Positions 13,710-26,694 of a DNA stretch of 64,000 bases are shown here, one piece after another; the first letter of the stretch is position 1, and each line of letters begins with the position of its first letter. The DNA is taken from positions 806,001 through 870,000 of the forward strand of contig RDEW01000014.1 of assembly GCA_011109175.1 (NCBI GenBank), read 5' to 3'. Source of the DNA: Dicyema japonicum. Lineage: Eukaryota > Animalia > Dicyemida. A program made the position numbers and the translations under genes. The notes beneath the pieces were generated by a model. That model was not told the origin of the DNA. It made no database searches and saw nothing but the letters and a program-made list of their open reading frames with translations.

Positions 13710-14165
13710 TTGTGCAAGAGAGACATGTCACCACCTCAACCAAAAAACCTTCGGTTGTACAACTCCTTTATCAAACCAATTCTACTTTATAACGCGGGGA
13801 CCTGGGGCCTAACCACCAAAGAACTGGAAAACCTCAACTCTTTCCACAGAAAACAACTACGACTTACCTTGGGAATCTACTGGCCAAAACGGATGACCAA
13901 CACCGAGCTCTACAGAATTACTCAAACAACACAGATTAGGAATAAAGTTACTTCGGCAAAATGGCAGCTCTTTTGACATATACTCACTTTGCATAGGAAA
14001 AAAACTAAAAACAGCAGAGGATCTAGATGATCTGAGGCGGTTGCGAGAAACAAGGAAGGATGGAAACGACTTACAGCGCGTATCCAGAGATGCATGGCAA
14101 AAGTGGAATCTCAAATTAGATAACTTTTCTGGTTCCGCAAATTGCTAATAATAATAAATAATAAT
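13710..14165 (+). mobile_element. RTE-like LINE 3' end
   Basis: LRLYNSFIKPILLYNAGTWGL..LNSFHRKQLRLTLGIYWP; (TAA)n tail. Confidence 0.85.
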
Positions 14166-14189
14166 AAGAATTATAAGAAATTTTAATGT

Positions 14190-16575
14190 TCGTCATGTGG
14201 TTCACCCTGGTGGCTCCAAATTTGACTCAATTTCACATAAAAAGGGAACATGTACTCCCCCAATCAAAAAAGATTGTCCTTCATGGGCGGCCACCTTTCT
14301 GGTCTTTCCCACTAGACTTGGTGGAAGCCTTTTTGATACTTTCCGGTGACATAAAGTCAAACCCTACCACCAAAAGCACTTTTCCTCATTCAACTAAACA
14401 TAAACAGAGTAAAAAGAAAGATTCTTGAACTTAAGAACAGAACGCGGACATTGTCTAGTTCAAGAACTGTCTCCATCAACTATCAGCCCCGTCTTCCAGG
14501 GTTATAACATTATCCGACGTGACCACCCGTTTGGCCACGGTAGTAGGGTCATCACACTAATCAAGAAGGAAATTGCCTACACTGATACAGAATATGTTCA
14601 CCTTCCCTATCCCGCGGAGTAGAACGCCATGTGAGGTGATCATAATGCAAAGCATCTGGTGTGGTTAAAGAATTAACCGGGAAATACTAAGGGAAACCAA
14701 TTATCGAATCTAGCCTAGTGATTTTAAACAACCTATATTCAATACGAGAACTCCTTACAGAGCAAATGACAGGACGCCTCTCCTGACCTTACGTTTGTTT
14801 CGCGAACATGGCCACACTAACCAATTGGACGGTGATGTACGATATCAGTAGTGACCATATACTTATCATGGTTAAAGAAAAAGTGTCCACTGAAAGAAAA
14901 CCCATATTATACTGACTACAAAAATGTTGACTGGAGTAAGATTCCTGAATAACTTCAATTCCCTTGATAATACAATACTTCAATAGTGCAGCGGGACGTG
15001 AGGATTTTCATTGAAAGAAAACTAATCCGTTTCACGAAGAAGCTTTCCACTGCAACTGATTAATTTACCATGAAATTACTTAAAAAGTCTCCAGAATCAC
15101 TCTTGGGAAACCAGGGAGAGAATTCGTGCCTTGGAAAAAGAAATCAGAAAAATGCCAAAAAGAAACACGAGAGACTTGAATAACCTCATATTCATCCCAA
15201 GCAAACAGAACACTTTCACTATGATGTGGAAAACATTTCGGGACTTTAACTATGAGAGGTCGTACCCTTACGATGACCTGAGGAACAAGAACTTTTAAAG
15301 CAAGATCATTAAATATTATTCCTCCCTGAGTTTTGTGAGTGTCCTTCAATTTTATCCACCAAAAAAATCAAAAATCAACTTATTCCAAGGGGGTCTAGAT
15401 GGAACCACAACAATAGTACTGTAAATGTAGGTCCTTGTGTCATCTTCTGAATTTTCAGCTCTTCTATCCACAAGAACTCTATCCCATCCATATGAAATTA
15501 TCTAATATACGATTAATTTTGAAACCTGGACGGTCAAAGAACTCATCGTCAGATTGATACGTCAGATAAACCTGGACAAAAATTTTAGAAAAGCTAATTT
15601 TTGATCAGATTAAACCTTACCATCCTATTTATCTTTCTAACACGGATTTAAAAAAAGTCATTACACAACAACCCATCTTACATGTTTAACAAAATCCATC
15701 AGAGGGCCTACAATGCAACCCTAGGCATCAAAAGTCTCTAGTATGCTCCATTGACATACAGAAAGCTTTTGACTCCCAAGGAAATTACAAACTTTGTCGC
15801 AAACATTCCAAATAAATTGAAAATCTGGATTGTAAACGTACGGAGAGGATGGTTAGTTGCAGGTTCCACCACATTGCTATTAAATTTCTGCCAAAAAAGG
15901 TCACCAATTTTGTTCACCATCTTTCAGACTGATGTGCCCTCGAATACCAGCAACAACACTCTGGTTCTCGTCTATGCTGACGATATAATCGTCACAAAAG
16001 ACCAGATTGTTCACACTGCGGGTACCCACTTACAAGATTTAATTGACAACCTGAACAGTTGGCTTATGAGGAACCTATTATGCACAACCCATGAAAAGTC
16101 ATGCACAATGATTTTTTACTTCAATAGAAGACTAACTCTGCACTTCTCTTAATCCTTAATGGAGATTTAATCCCTCCACAAACTCCATCAAGTCATAGGG
16201 TATAACTTACAACCCCCTCGTGGCATTCAATAAACATATTAGTAACGTCATATCCTCGTCCCAACGAAGACTAAACTTTGTAAAAACACAAAGGCTAGTT
16301 TAACTCAATGTTAAGCTCACTTTATAATACAACAGGCAATCAGTTATGGTTGGGGACAAACATGTTATCCTCCTAGCCGCTAAAACCAACTTTTTTGAAA
16401 AAAACAAGAGACCTATTGACACCTAACAAATTCCCAAAATTGACGTGTGCATACAGGAAGTGAGTCCTTTCTCGGGATGAACATCGAGCAAAGAAGTCTG
16501 CTTAAGGAGGCTGGGATCATCTGATAGCCACATATTCCCTTTTAATTTGTCAGTAATTCTTGGTTTAAATAAATT
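14190..16575 (+). mobile_element. Decayed APE-RT LINE (family A)
   Basis: GYNIIRRD, SDH, LVYADDII; tail CTTAAGGAGGCTGGGATCA shared with 56080-58105 and 26695-27760. Confidence 0.85.
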
Positions 16576-17154
16576 CAATTCAGAACATTTTCTGTTTAAA
16601 ATTTATTTTGTTTAACTCAAACACACAAAAATGTGTTAAATTCATTGTGATCATCCGGACATTGATGCAAGCTTCTCTACCACGAAAAGTTGGTGTCCAA
16701 ATCCTTCGGACAAAAGCCGGTAGAAAGAATGCATGTTCACAATAGTGATATCTCCAATGTTTGTCGATACTGAGATTCCAATGCATTCCACGGGGCATCT
16801 TGTCTCCCTTTTGATAATAATAATGATTCCCCTTCCGAGAAAGTTTTGTCTCTTGTGAACAGCTATGCCGATGTCATGTTTTTGTAAGAGATTTCCAAGT
16901 TCAATTTCTTTTCCCCTTCATTGATATTCCATTGTATGATAAATGGGGATTTAAACAAAAAGAAATCTTAGACAAATTGGCCACATAGCAACACATGGCG
17001 CCACGTTGCCGAAAAAACCAAAGTTTGGGTAAATTAATATAAATACTTTGAATTGAATATTTAGTATTTAAATAATATAATTATTAATTATTATGGTTAA
17101 TCCACATAAAATAAAATTCAAAAACGTTGAATGTAGTATTAATTTTTTTATGAA

Positions 17155-18171
17155 ATGAAATCGGATCGTAAATTTAATGCTGTGCCAAAAATATTAAACG
17201 GGGGAATAGCTGGAATAATAGGAGTTACGTGTGTGTTTCCTCTTGATTTGATAAAAACAAGATTACAAAACCAAAAAGAAAGTAACCGAATCTACAAAAA
17301 TATGTTATCCGTAAATAATATTGTAGATTTGACTGTGGTCTTAAAACATTCAGAAAGGAAGGATTCCTTGGAATGTATAGAGGTTATGATTATTTATAAT
17401 AATAGGCTCTGCCGTTAATCTTTTGCTGATAACACCAGAGAAGGCCATTAAATTAGTAGGAAACGATTATTTTCGACATTTGTTAGCCTCTGATAATAAG
17501 TTATTTATTCAAAATCAATAAAGTAGACAACTTCCTTTATGGAAAGAAGTAATCTCCGGAGGATTGGCTGGGGGATGTCAGATTATTATTACAACACCAA
17601 TGGAACTCTTAAAAATTCAATTACAGGATGCTGGAAGGTCTGGAGTTGTTCACAAACGGGGAGCCATCCACATTGCCACTGACCTAATTCGTAAAAACGG
17701 AATTTTTGGCATTTATCGTGGATTTGGGGCTACGGCTCTTAGGGATGTCACATTCTCGTGCATTTATTTTCCGTTATTCGCTAATCTGAATTCTATGGGG
17801 ATACCTGAGGGACAAACAACCGCTCCCTTTTACCATTCCTTTGCTTCTGGTCTGTGTTCGGGCTTAATTTCTTCAGTGTTGGTAACTCCCTTTGATGGTT
17901 AGACGTGATTTCCAATATTAGTTGTTAAAACTCGTCTTCAAACCATTAAAGGAAGTGCTGCTGACTCTTTGATAACTTATTCAGGGATATTTAACTGTTT
18001 TAGGTAATATAAATAGTAACTTTAAGACGAATCTTAGTTGATGAAGGAATTCCTGCTTTATTCAAAGGAGGAGCATGCAGAGCTATGGTGATTGCTCCCC
18101 TCTTTGGGATTGCTCAGACTGTTTACTATTTTGGAATTGGAGAGAATATTTGCTATTACTTGAATTTATGA
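17155..18171 (+). CDS. SLC25A22: Mitochondrial glutamate carrier (SLC25A22/SLC25A18 family)
   Basis: [68 protein letters not shown]; clean ORF after removing introns 17304-17326, 17383-17405, 17500-17523, 17898-17921, 18004-18026. Confidence 0.93.
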
Positions 18172-18613
18172 CTTATTTAAATTACAAATTAATTTAAAAT
18201 GTGGTTGTGTGGTTTAGAATATAATGATGGTTTTGAGAGATCTAAAACTTATAAAAAACATTTGGATATTTCCAAAATCAAACTATTTTCACAAACATAT
18301 GAAAATTGTACGACTCCTCTCTAAGTATGGGTAGTACGGATTACTAAAATGTAGACTCTGTCAAAACTGAAAAAAAATATTCAAAGGGGATCGATTCCGT
18401 TAAGTCTAAAAAATTCGAAACCTATAGAGCAGTGAGAATCATGGACAAATCAATTAAACACACCCAACATTGGGCGAAAATGTTGTGGTTGTGACAGCGC
18501 GTTGGAATGGCCATCATCCTCTCTTAGCAACTGAAGCAGTTAACATGATTGATTTTTTGTATAATTGCTTGATTTAACCGAAAAATATTTAAATGAAAAT
18601 TTTATTAAGGAAC

Positions 18614-19230
18614 TTAAAAAATTGAACATGCTTTATTTGAAGAATCTTCCCAAGGTTTTTTAAAGGTTCTAATATTCCGTACAAGATCATAAAAAGACTA
18701 TAAATTAGAGTTATGCGACCTTTTCGACATTGTGTGCTGTTTTGGCTGAAACCTCATAGACTGGAACTTTGAGGGATCTTCCAAGGGCAGTTAATTTAGA
18801 TGATGAAACTTTCTGTCATATTCTAAGTCACATTTATTTCCGACAATAATTATTGGTATTTTCCGTGGAGAATGGTACTCTTTGATTTGGTTATACAAGG
18901 TCAAGACCCAATCGTAGGTGTGGGGTTCCAAAATAGAGTAAACTAGCATGAATCCATTTCCTTTTCTCATGTACATTTCATAAACGCTATAAAACTGTTC
19001 GGTCCCAGCTGTATCAAGGATTTCCAAACTGACTTGTTTACCATCAATAACTACACGTTAAATTTTGTAGAAAACTTTTTGTTTTACAGTATGAATCCTC
19101 GATTGTTGGATCATATTTCATTACAAAAATATCCTGAGTAAATTGCATTGTCTGTCTAAAAATGATGTAAACAAACCAAGGCACTTTTACCTACTCCTCC
19201 ACACCCCATAATGACAATATTATCTTCCAT
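18614..19230 (-). CDS. Rap-like small GTPase (divergent), apparent 1-nt frameshift at ~18811
   Basis: GCGGVGKSAL, YDPTIEDSY, DTAGTEQF (Rap-type Thr61), NKCD, EVSAK, CAAX box CSIF; introns of 25, 25 and 22 nt. Confidence 0.88.
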
Positions 19231-19526
19231 CAAATAATTTTGTAAAATAAATATATAACGTCACTAAACACAGTTAATTAAATAAAATACCGTCAATAAT
19301 AACTAGAAAACATTTTCAACAAATATTGATTTATTATTTCAAGAGGAAACAGCTGTAGTAATCATACAATTTGTAAATTACAAAAATTTATTGTTAATGG
19401 ATATTCCCTAATAAACATAAAATTCACACTAGTTCCCTTATACCCTGTTAATACTGGGATTAATGCATATTCTCCTTACTCTGTTTAACCAGGTTTATAA
19501 TTATACTCTGTTTTAACAAGATTTTT

Positions 19527-19582
19527 ATAGCCTTTTTCACGGAGCCGTGGTATTTATAGCTCCGCATAGGCAAGACACAAGA
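19527..19582 (-). mobile_element. SINE 3' tail fragment
   Basis: GCCTTTTTCACGGAGCC..TATTTATAGCTCCGCATAGGCA matches 22264-22310. Confidence 0.75.
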
Positions 19583-19917
19583 TTAATAATTATAAAATTT
19601 GGTGACTGTAAACTTTAATATGAGTTAAGAATTTTTATTATCGAACAAATCATTCACAATCACCTTAAGACCTGCAAATTTAACGCCATTGCCAAAAATC
19701 CACTGCTTTTCTCTAGTGGTCTTATTTTAATGACGGGAGAATAAGCGTCCAATGTCGTCGACATAACAATCCTTTGTGCGGGCCTGCATGTTAAGGACGT
19801 GATTCTCCCTAGCATTCTACGGATACTAAAAATCTAATTCAGTGTACTCTTCTGGTTCAAATTCAACCAATTTAACATGTTTTAAAATTGTTTTTTTTTA
19901 AATCAAAAAATTTTTTT

Positions 19918-20015
19918 TAACAATTAAACAAATGTCAGTTGAGGAAGCCTGCTACGTGGATTGCGAACGAGTTCCCTCGAAGTATGGCTATTCCTAACAT
20001 ATTAAGTGGGGAAAT
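19918..20015 (-). mobile_element. Very short CRE 3' end
   Basis: IAILRGNSFAIHVAGFLN*; near-identical to 61615-61690. Confidence 0.75.
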
Positions 20016-20264
20016 TGAATGTTCGTTCAATGCTTGGAATAAATTTCTCGTATTTAGACCTGTTTTCCAAATTTGGTTATTTCCTTTATTCCCTCAACCA
20101 CTATCTTTGTCTTATTTAAGACAGGTACCAAAATACTGAGATTATAGGCTTCATGTTCATTTAAAGACGATTTTAATAATTAACTGAACTTCTAGGTTTT
20201 GTCTAATTTGTTTGTTTATTATAAATTTTTTAAATAAACCAATTTTATTTAACACAAAAACTAC

Positions 20265-20790
20265 CAGCTAACAACTGATGGCTGCTCTCATAATTGTAGC
20301 GCATTTCCCCTGACGATTTGTAAGGAAATGCGCTCAATGAGCCAGCTCCTTTCTCTCCTATCATTTTTTCCTGCCGATGAGCGAGCCGATTCTGTTTTGC
20401 AGGACCAGTGACCTGTTTTCTATGATTCCTGACGTTTCCATGGCGACTGGTTCAAAAATGAACTGTCCACCAAGACATGCGTATTTCTTTAACTTTAGGG
20501 TCTCAGCCTTTTCCGAAGCAGAGCCTTTGGAAGGTTGGAAGGAAAGAGGCTATCGACACAGGTGGTGTCTCAGGCAGGGTATTTACCATTTTCCCATGGG
20601 AAGAGAGTGGTTCCGCCCGGTCTTCGGTTGGCTTGAGCAAGTACAAACGGCTCCAATTGGACAGGAAATCCAGCAGCCTCAAGTCCCCAAGCAATAACTC
20701 TGTTGATTCCGGCGTGTCTTGGACTCATTTAAAAGCCCTAGTAGCTCCTCCAGTTGATTCAAATAGCTACCGCGTCAAGTCGATTGGGAT
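20265..20790 (-). mobile_element. CRE retrotransposon RLE 3' fragment
   Basis: KAETLKLKKY..FEPVAMETSG..WLIERISLQIVRGNA. Confidence 0.8.
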
Positions 20791-21769
20791 AACTAATTAA
20801 CGTGATTTATGATTTTTGATTAATTTCAAATCATAAAAATTATAAGAATTAACTCCACTTAAGTCGTCTTTTTTGAGTCCAATAAACTTGCACTTTGTAG
20901 TAGTTTTGATTGAGATGACTTTTAGTTTTCTTAATTGCAAACAACATTCTTGCTTGTCTTCTGTAGATTATTTCAATACTAGTGTCAATTTTCCATGAAC
21001 TGCCCTGTGTGATCAACCAATATTGATGTCTTCCTTCCATACTTTAGACTCTTCGTATTTTGATAGTGTTTGTAGAACTTGTTTGTAATATTGTCTAAGG
21101 TAAAGTACCAAAGGTACTATATTTACTTTAACGTCATGAGTTAATGATAATTTACTCTTCAGCAGATCCTACTTGCGTTACTTGGATTTGTTTTATGACC
21201 CTTTGGAAGTGATCCAAACTTTTGAAATCAACATCTATAAGGATATTACATATAAGTTCAATTTTGACAATCCATTCATTAAAACTTTTTAATCTGAGAA
21301 TTTTTCTCGGCGACGATTAAATCCGATTTGATATCTCTTTTCGCCTGGGAGTGAAGATCTGTGTGTCACATCGGTGCACATGCGGTGAACAGATCGATGT
21401 TTTCGGACTTCATCCAATGCTTACAGGAGAAGCTTCTGAAGTGCATTGAGGCATAAGGTCCTGAACCTTGGTTTTCTAGAACCCGTCGATTAGTGCCAAA
21501 AAGACGGAAAACATCCAGATGGAATGACTATATTTCCGTTCGAAGATGAGAAGCCATTAGTCTGATTTGTCACCTGCACAGACATGCTCTCAACAAACAA
21601 TCTTTACATGAAGGAGACCGAGATTAGATTTCCGTAAGGAACAGAAGTCAGTCAGGTAATTTCCGAGAATTCCGAAGGCTGTTCGAGTGTATCTCCCTCA
21701 TAGTTCTTAAAAGAAAAAGCCGTGTAATAATGGCCACAGCCACATAACTCTCCCTAATTTGTTAGTTAA

Positions 21770-23065
21770 TTATTATTATCTATTACCCCCAGGATCACTG
21801 GGACAAAGAGAAAGAAATAAAAGTTCTCAACTAACTAAGTAATCCCAGACCGACAATGGAGAGGACGAGTCCTGCGGGGTCGAGAATCCTGTACAGCTCT
21901 TCTCATTGGACGTGGCATTGGCTCAAACTTTCTGTATGATTGTAGATATTTCGATAGTGTATGGAACAGAGGGCAGCTCGGTAAACTAGCTGCCTTTAAG
22001 AGTTTCCGTTGTAATTCGATTAAGAAATTTTCAATGGGCTGATTTTGTGTTCTGGTCCAGTTAACCTTATTGCAGTCTCCTCGATTGCGAATAGTCTCAA
22101 TCGTGAAATCTGCATTGCCCACGAAAGACTTGCATACGTCATCGTGGGTAGGATAAATTGTTCATAAACCATGGCAAGGTTCCCAGTTTGGTCTCTAAAT
22201 GTTTTTGAGAGCACTTTTAAAATTCTCATTTTCTTCAGAGCAGAAGTTACTTTTAATAATAATAGCCTTTTCACGAGAGCCATAATATTTATAGCTCCGC
22301 ATAGGCAGGACACACACTTTATTTAAGTAAAGAACAGTTAATTTTTACTAATCGTAGAACCAAGGAATGATCTTCACTTCTTTTTTCTTGTGTGTGGGTC
22401 CTTTCTAGACAATTCAGTTCCGCAGTGAGTATCCACTGATGACGGCGTCACTCGTCAAACCCTTTTAGCATCGTAGATGCGTGGAACCTTCCACCAGGTG
22501 AACAGCAGCGAGAATTGAACCCGTAACCTAAGCCACTTTAGCCCGAGACCTAACCACTATGCCACCCAGAAGTTACTTTGTTCTCAACATTTCGGATAAA
22601 AGAGAATCCCTGATCAAAGGTGACTCCCAGAATCCTCGGTGTTTTGTTAATAGGAATAACCACGTTCTTAATGATTTTTTGTTCGACACAGAGCTGTCTT
22701 TTGTAAGTGGTAAACAACGTGACAGAGGACTTTGTTGCTGATGTGTCGAGCCTCCCCGTCCGGAGCCATAGTTCCAGCTTTTCAAGCATTTTTCGAGCGA
22801 ACTGAGTCGCTGATTGAATGCTTCTCTCCTTGGAGGCAAGAATGATATTGTCGGCATAAGAGAGATTAGGCAGTTTTCATTACAGGTTTGTGGCATGTCG
22901 TTTATGTAGAGATTGAAGAGTTGGGGTGACAATGAGGAGTCTTGAAGTACTTCATTTGGAAAGTAGCGAGATCTTGATTTGATGTTGTTGCAGAGTACTT
23001 GTGCTCGTCTTCCATTTAAGAAGTTTCCAAGCAAAGATTCAAGTTCGGATGGATGTCGGTTAAAT
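21770..23065 (-). mobile_element. 5'-truncated LINE (family B) interrupted by a SINE
   Basis: SSLSPQLFNLYINDMP, RILGVTFDQ, FEPMPRPMRR; homologous to 4161-4873. Confidence 0.85.
22254..22566 (-). mobile_element. Full-length tRNA-derived SINE (~310 bp) with 13-bp TSD
   Basis: A box TGGCATAGTGG, B box GGGTTCAATTC, (TAT)n tail; TSD CAGAAGTTACTTT at 22241-22253 and 22567-22579; empty site visible in the paralogous LINE at ~4385. Confidence 0.9.
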
Positions 23066-23396
23066 ATCTTTTTTTTGTGAGGAGTTAATAAAATATCTGT
23101 TTATTAATTTAATGTAATAATTATAAATTGGATCCGCCTTACTGAGGAGACGCCCAATGCCTGGCCGGCATCAGAGGATCAATCTATTCTTTCCTCGGGG
23201 ACAATGTCTTTTGCTGGAGACAAGTTCTGGAACGCTGAAACGAGTCAGGATCAAGGAGTTAGTTAGATTGGTTACCCTTGGTATTTGGAATAATTTTAAT
23301 TTAATTAATAAATTGATTTTGGAAAATCTCAACTACTTACAAAAAATAAATTTGGACTACAGTTCTCCGGCAGTTTAATTTATTGAACACATAGTT

Positions 23397-26300
23397 ATCC
23401 TGATCAATTGATTGTTGTTGTTGTTGTTGTCGTCGTTAATATATACAGTTCTCTCTCCTATTATCTATTCATGTCTGTTTTTTATGATGTACTACACGAA
23501 GACACCTCATGCAAAGGGTGCAGAGTATCCAATTCTCGCAAGTGCGGGATTCGATGTTCTGTATGTGTTGGTTACTACCACATAGGTTGTGAAAAACTAT
23601 CCAAGAAAATTGCTCGATCACTTCCCTCGTGGTCGTGCCGGTCGTGCCGTCTGGAACTCACTAAAATTGAACCTCATGATCATTTTGTGTCATCATCATC
23701 TGTATCAGACCTTCTGGAAGCCATGTCTCCGGAGGATTTTCTGGTTTTATTATCAAACACGCGACAAAGGAAGATTATCCCTGTCAGGATCCCCAAGGCT
23801 TCCCGGATCTCAATTGCTTCTGCCCTTTCTTCTTGCATTGAGAAAGCTGTGTCCAATGGCTCGAAAAAGGATTGGATGGTTCTTTTCTCTTTCCCTGTCC
23901 TGGCTATGGGGTTAGAGCGTAAGCCTGCCCCATCTTCTCGGAAACCCTCTCTATCCCATGTCCTGAAGAAGCGCGTGAGTGCCTTTATGGATTCATGGGA
24001 GTCCCTGGCTGAAGAATTATTTGTTTCCCAGTTGATTACTTCCCAAAGTCCAATTCCACAATCCAGTATGGCTCCTGAGAGGCTTCGCTCTCGTGTCAGG
24101 AGGAAATTGATGGAGGGCGATCTTACTGCTGCAGTTCGAACTGTTTGTACGGATTCTGACCCGGTGAAAGCCACTCAGGAGACACTCTGTATATTGGGAC
24201 AGAAACATCCTCCTGAACCAGAAGACTTTTGTAAACCTGTTCGTCCAGAACAATCTATGCATGATATTTCCACTTCAGCCATTTACAACGCTCTTTGTTC
24301 TTTCCGAAGAAGTAGCAGTGGAGGAGTTGACGGTCTCAAACCTGGCCATCTGTCAGACTTGGTGTCCCATTCTGTCGGCAGGCCTGGATCGCTACTCTTG
24401 GAGCGAACCCGGGATCTCGTAGCTCGCATGCTTTCCGGAAACGTTTCCGATTTTGGTCGGAATCTCCTCTTTTCGGCGAATCTAACGGGCCTTGGAAAGA
24501 AAGATGGTGGTATTCGCCCCATTGCAATTGGAAACGTATTTCGACGTTTATCCGCAAAAATGGCTTGTCGTTTTGTTATCTCCCGAATTTCAGCCGAATT
24601 TTGTCCTTCGCAGCTTGGTGTCGGAATCAATGGCGGCTGTGAAGCTGGGATCCACGCAGTGAGAGAATTTGCGTCACAATCAGCTGAATTGAATGTTGAG
24701 GACAGAGTTTTATTCAAATTGGACCTCCGGAATGCCTTCAATTCAGTCAGAAGGGACACCGTCCTTGATACCTGTAGGAGGAGGATTCCTCAGATTTATC
24801 CCTTTGTATATCTCGCGTATTCGGATCCATCCCCTCTTGTTTTTGGCAGTGGAATTATTTCGTCCGGATCCGGAGTTCAACAGGGGGACCCACTCGGTCC
24901 TCTTCTATTTTCCTTGTCTATCGACCATATTGCCCAGGACCGTTGCACTCCACTAAACGTCTGGTATCTGGACGATTGTATTCTCGGTGGAAGTCCCGAT
25001 GATATTCTCTCCAAAGTTGCATCGATCAGACGTTTGTGTGGAAAAATCGGTCTGGAATTTAACAATGAAAAGTGCGAAGCAATTAATCTGAATTTGAGTT
25101 CCGATTCATTCTACCTTTTTCATAGAAAACTCTGTGATATCATACCAGGGGTTAGGGAGACTCATATTGATTCTCTCGACTTCCTTGGGTGTGGGATTTT
25201 GGTAAACCGGGTGAGGGAGTTATTGGAAGGCAAGAAGACTAATTTACGTCAATATGCCGACAGGATAAGTTTTTTGGACCGTCATGTCGCCTTTTTTATG
25301 CTGAAGAATTGTCTCCTTCTTCCAAAACTCCTTTTTATTCTACGGGGATCCCCATGTTACGCCGAAAAAGACCTTCTATCGTTAATTGATGTGGATATCC
25401 GGTCAACGATGGGGTCCATTCTTAATGTTTGTTTTGATGATTTCGGATGGTTACAGGCCTCACTCCCTGTAGCCTACGGTGGTTTGGGTCTTTCTCTTCC
25501 TTCGGACGTTGCTTTGGGCGCCTATTTATCTTCGTTCGGCTCGTCAAGGCGTTTAGTGGATACGGTCCTTCACTCTACTTCCGGACTAAACGTACCGCTG
25601 ACGCCGTCGGGAGCCTGGGATGAATGGATGAATTTGTACCTGAATGCTCCGGCAATTGTGATAAGCAAAAGTCCTATTTGTTTTGTGTCTTCGAAAAGAA
25701 GAAAGAGTCCCTTGAAAAGACGGAAGATGTAAGAAGGCTTGCCTGCCTCAAAACAGCCAGTTGTCACTCGACGGGGGCCTGGATGAACGCTTATCCATCT
25801 GCCGAAATTGGAAACCTGTTGGATGATGAGGCTGTGAGAATAGCTACCTCGCTTCGTCTTGGTCTTAAATTGTGTGCCGAAAGAAAATGCCGCTGTGGAC
25901 GTTGGATCGATCCTTTTGGTTATCATCCCTTGTCATGCAAGATGAGTGCGGGTCGTTTCCCCAGGCACTCCTGTCTTAACATGACATTAAAGAATTCCCT
26001 TGCCTCTGCTGGACACCATTGCCTGTTAGAACCTGCTGGTCTTTCCCGAAACGATGGAAAACGCCCTGATGGGATGACGACTTTTCCATTCGCCAACGGA
26101 CGAAACCTGATCTGGGACGCGACGTGTGTTGATACTTATTCCCCGTCTAATTTGGTTGCTTCTGCTTCAGACCCAGGACATGCTTCAAAGCAGGCCGAGG
26201 AACGAAAGAGGAGGAAGTACCAGAGAATTTCGGAGGAGTATCTTTTTGTTCCATTCGCGGTGGAAACGTCAGGAATCCTTGGCCCCCAAGCAGATGAGTT

Positions 26301-26441
26301 GGTTCGTAAGATCGGCTCCATGATTCAAGCTGTGACCAAGGATCCGCGAGAGACTGGTTGGTTCCGAGAACGTATCTCGTTGGCTATTGTTAGGGGAAAT
26401 AGCATGGCCATTCAGATGCCTTAATTTAATTTTTATTAATT
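23397..26441 (+). mobile_element. Near full-length CRE-clade non-LTR retrotransposon: PHD finger + RT + restriction-like endonuclease; one frameshift near 25680
   Basis: C4HC3 pattern (CKGC..CSVC..HIGC..WSCRSC); GIRPIAIG, LDLRNAFN, GVQQGDPLGP, WYLDD; CRCG..HPLSC, RPDG, WDATC, PFAVETSG; 10-bp TSD ACACATAGTT at 23387-23396 and 26442-26451. Confidence 0.92.
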
Positions 26442-26694
26442 ACACATAGTTGGTGAAAGAAAAAGAGATCTGAGAATAAGATAGTGAATCTTCCATAAGA
26501 TTGGTAATATTTGAAACTCTAGGCTTTCATGTGGGTCACCTGATCGTTAAGAAAACAGCCTACATTTATAGCGAATATTCTGATATGAGAGATAGAGTTT
26601 ATATCAAAGATTTCCTACTTGAAGAGTTATTTTCGTTCTGGCCAGGCACGGCTGGAGTGATTTAGGAGTTTCCACCCATTAATCTTATTTTACT

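Noticed and set aside
20820-21300. Possible spliced gene or transposase remnant on the minus strand (similarly 45900-46270 and 48180-48940)
   Set aside because: Could not build a consistent frame or recognise motifs
22434-22462. CTGATGA..CAAAC in the SINE resembling a hammerhead core
   Set aside because: It has CAAAC instead of GAAAC, is antisense to the SINE, and has no flanking stems
22490-22566. Possible tRNA gene
   Set aside because: It is the SINE head, with body, tail and TSD; the cloverleaf is imperfect
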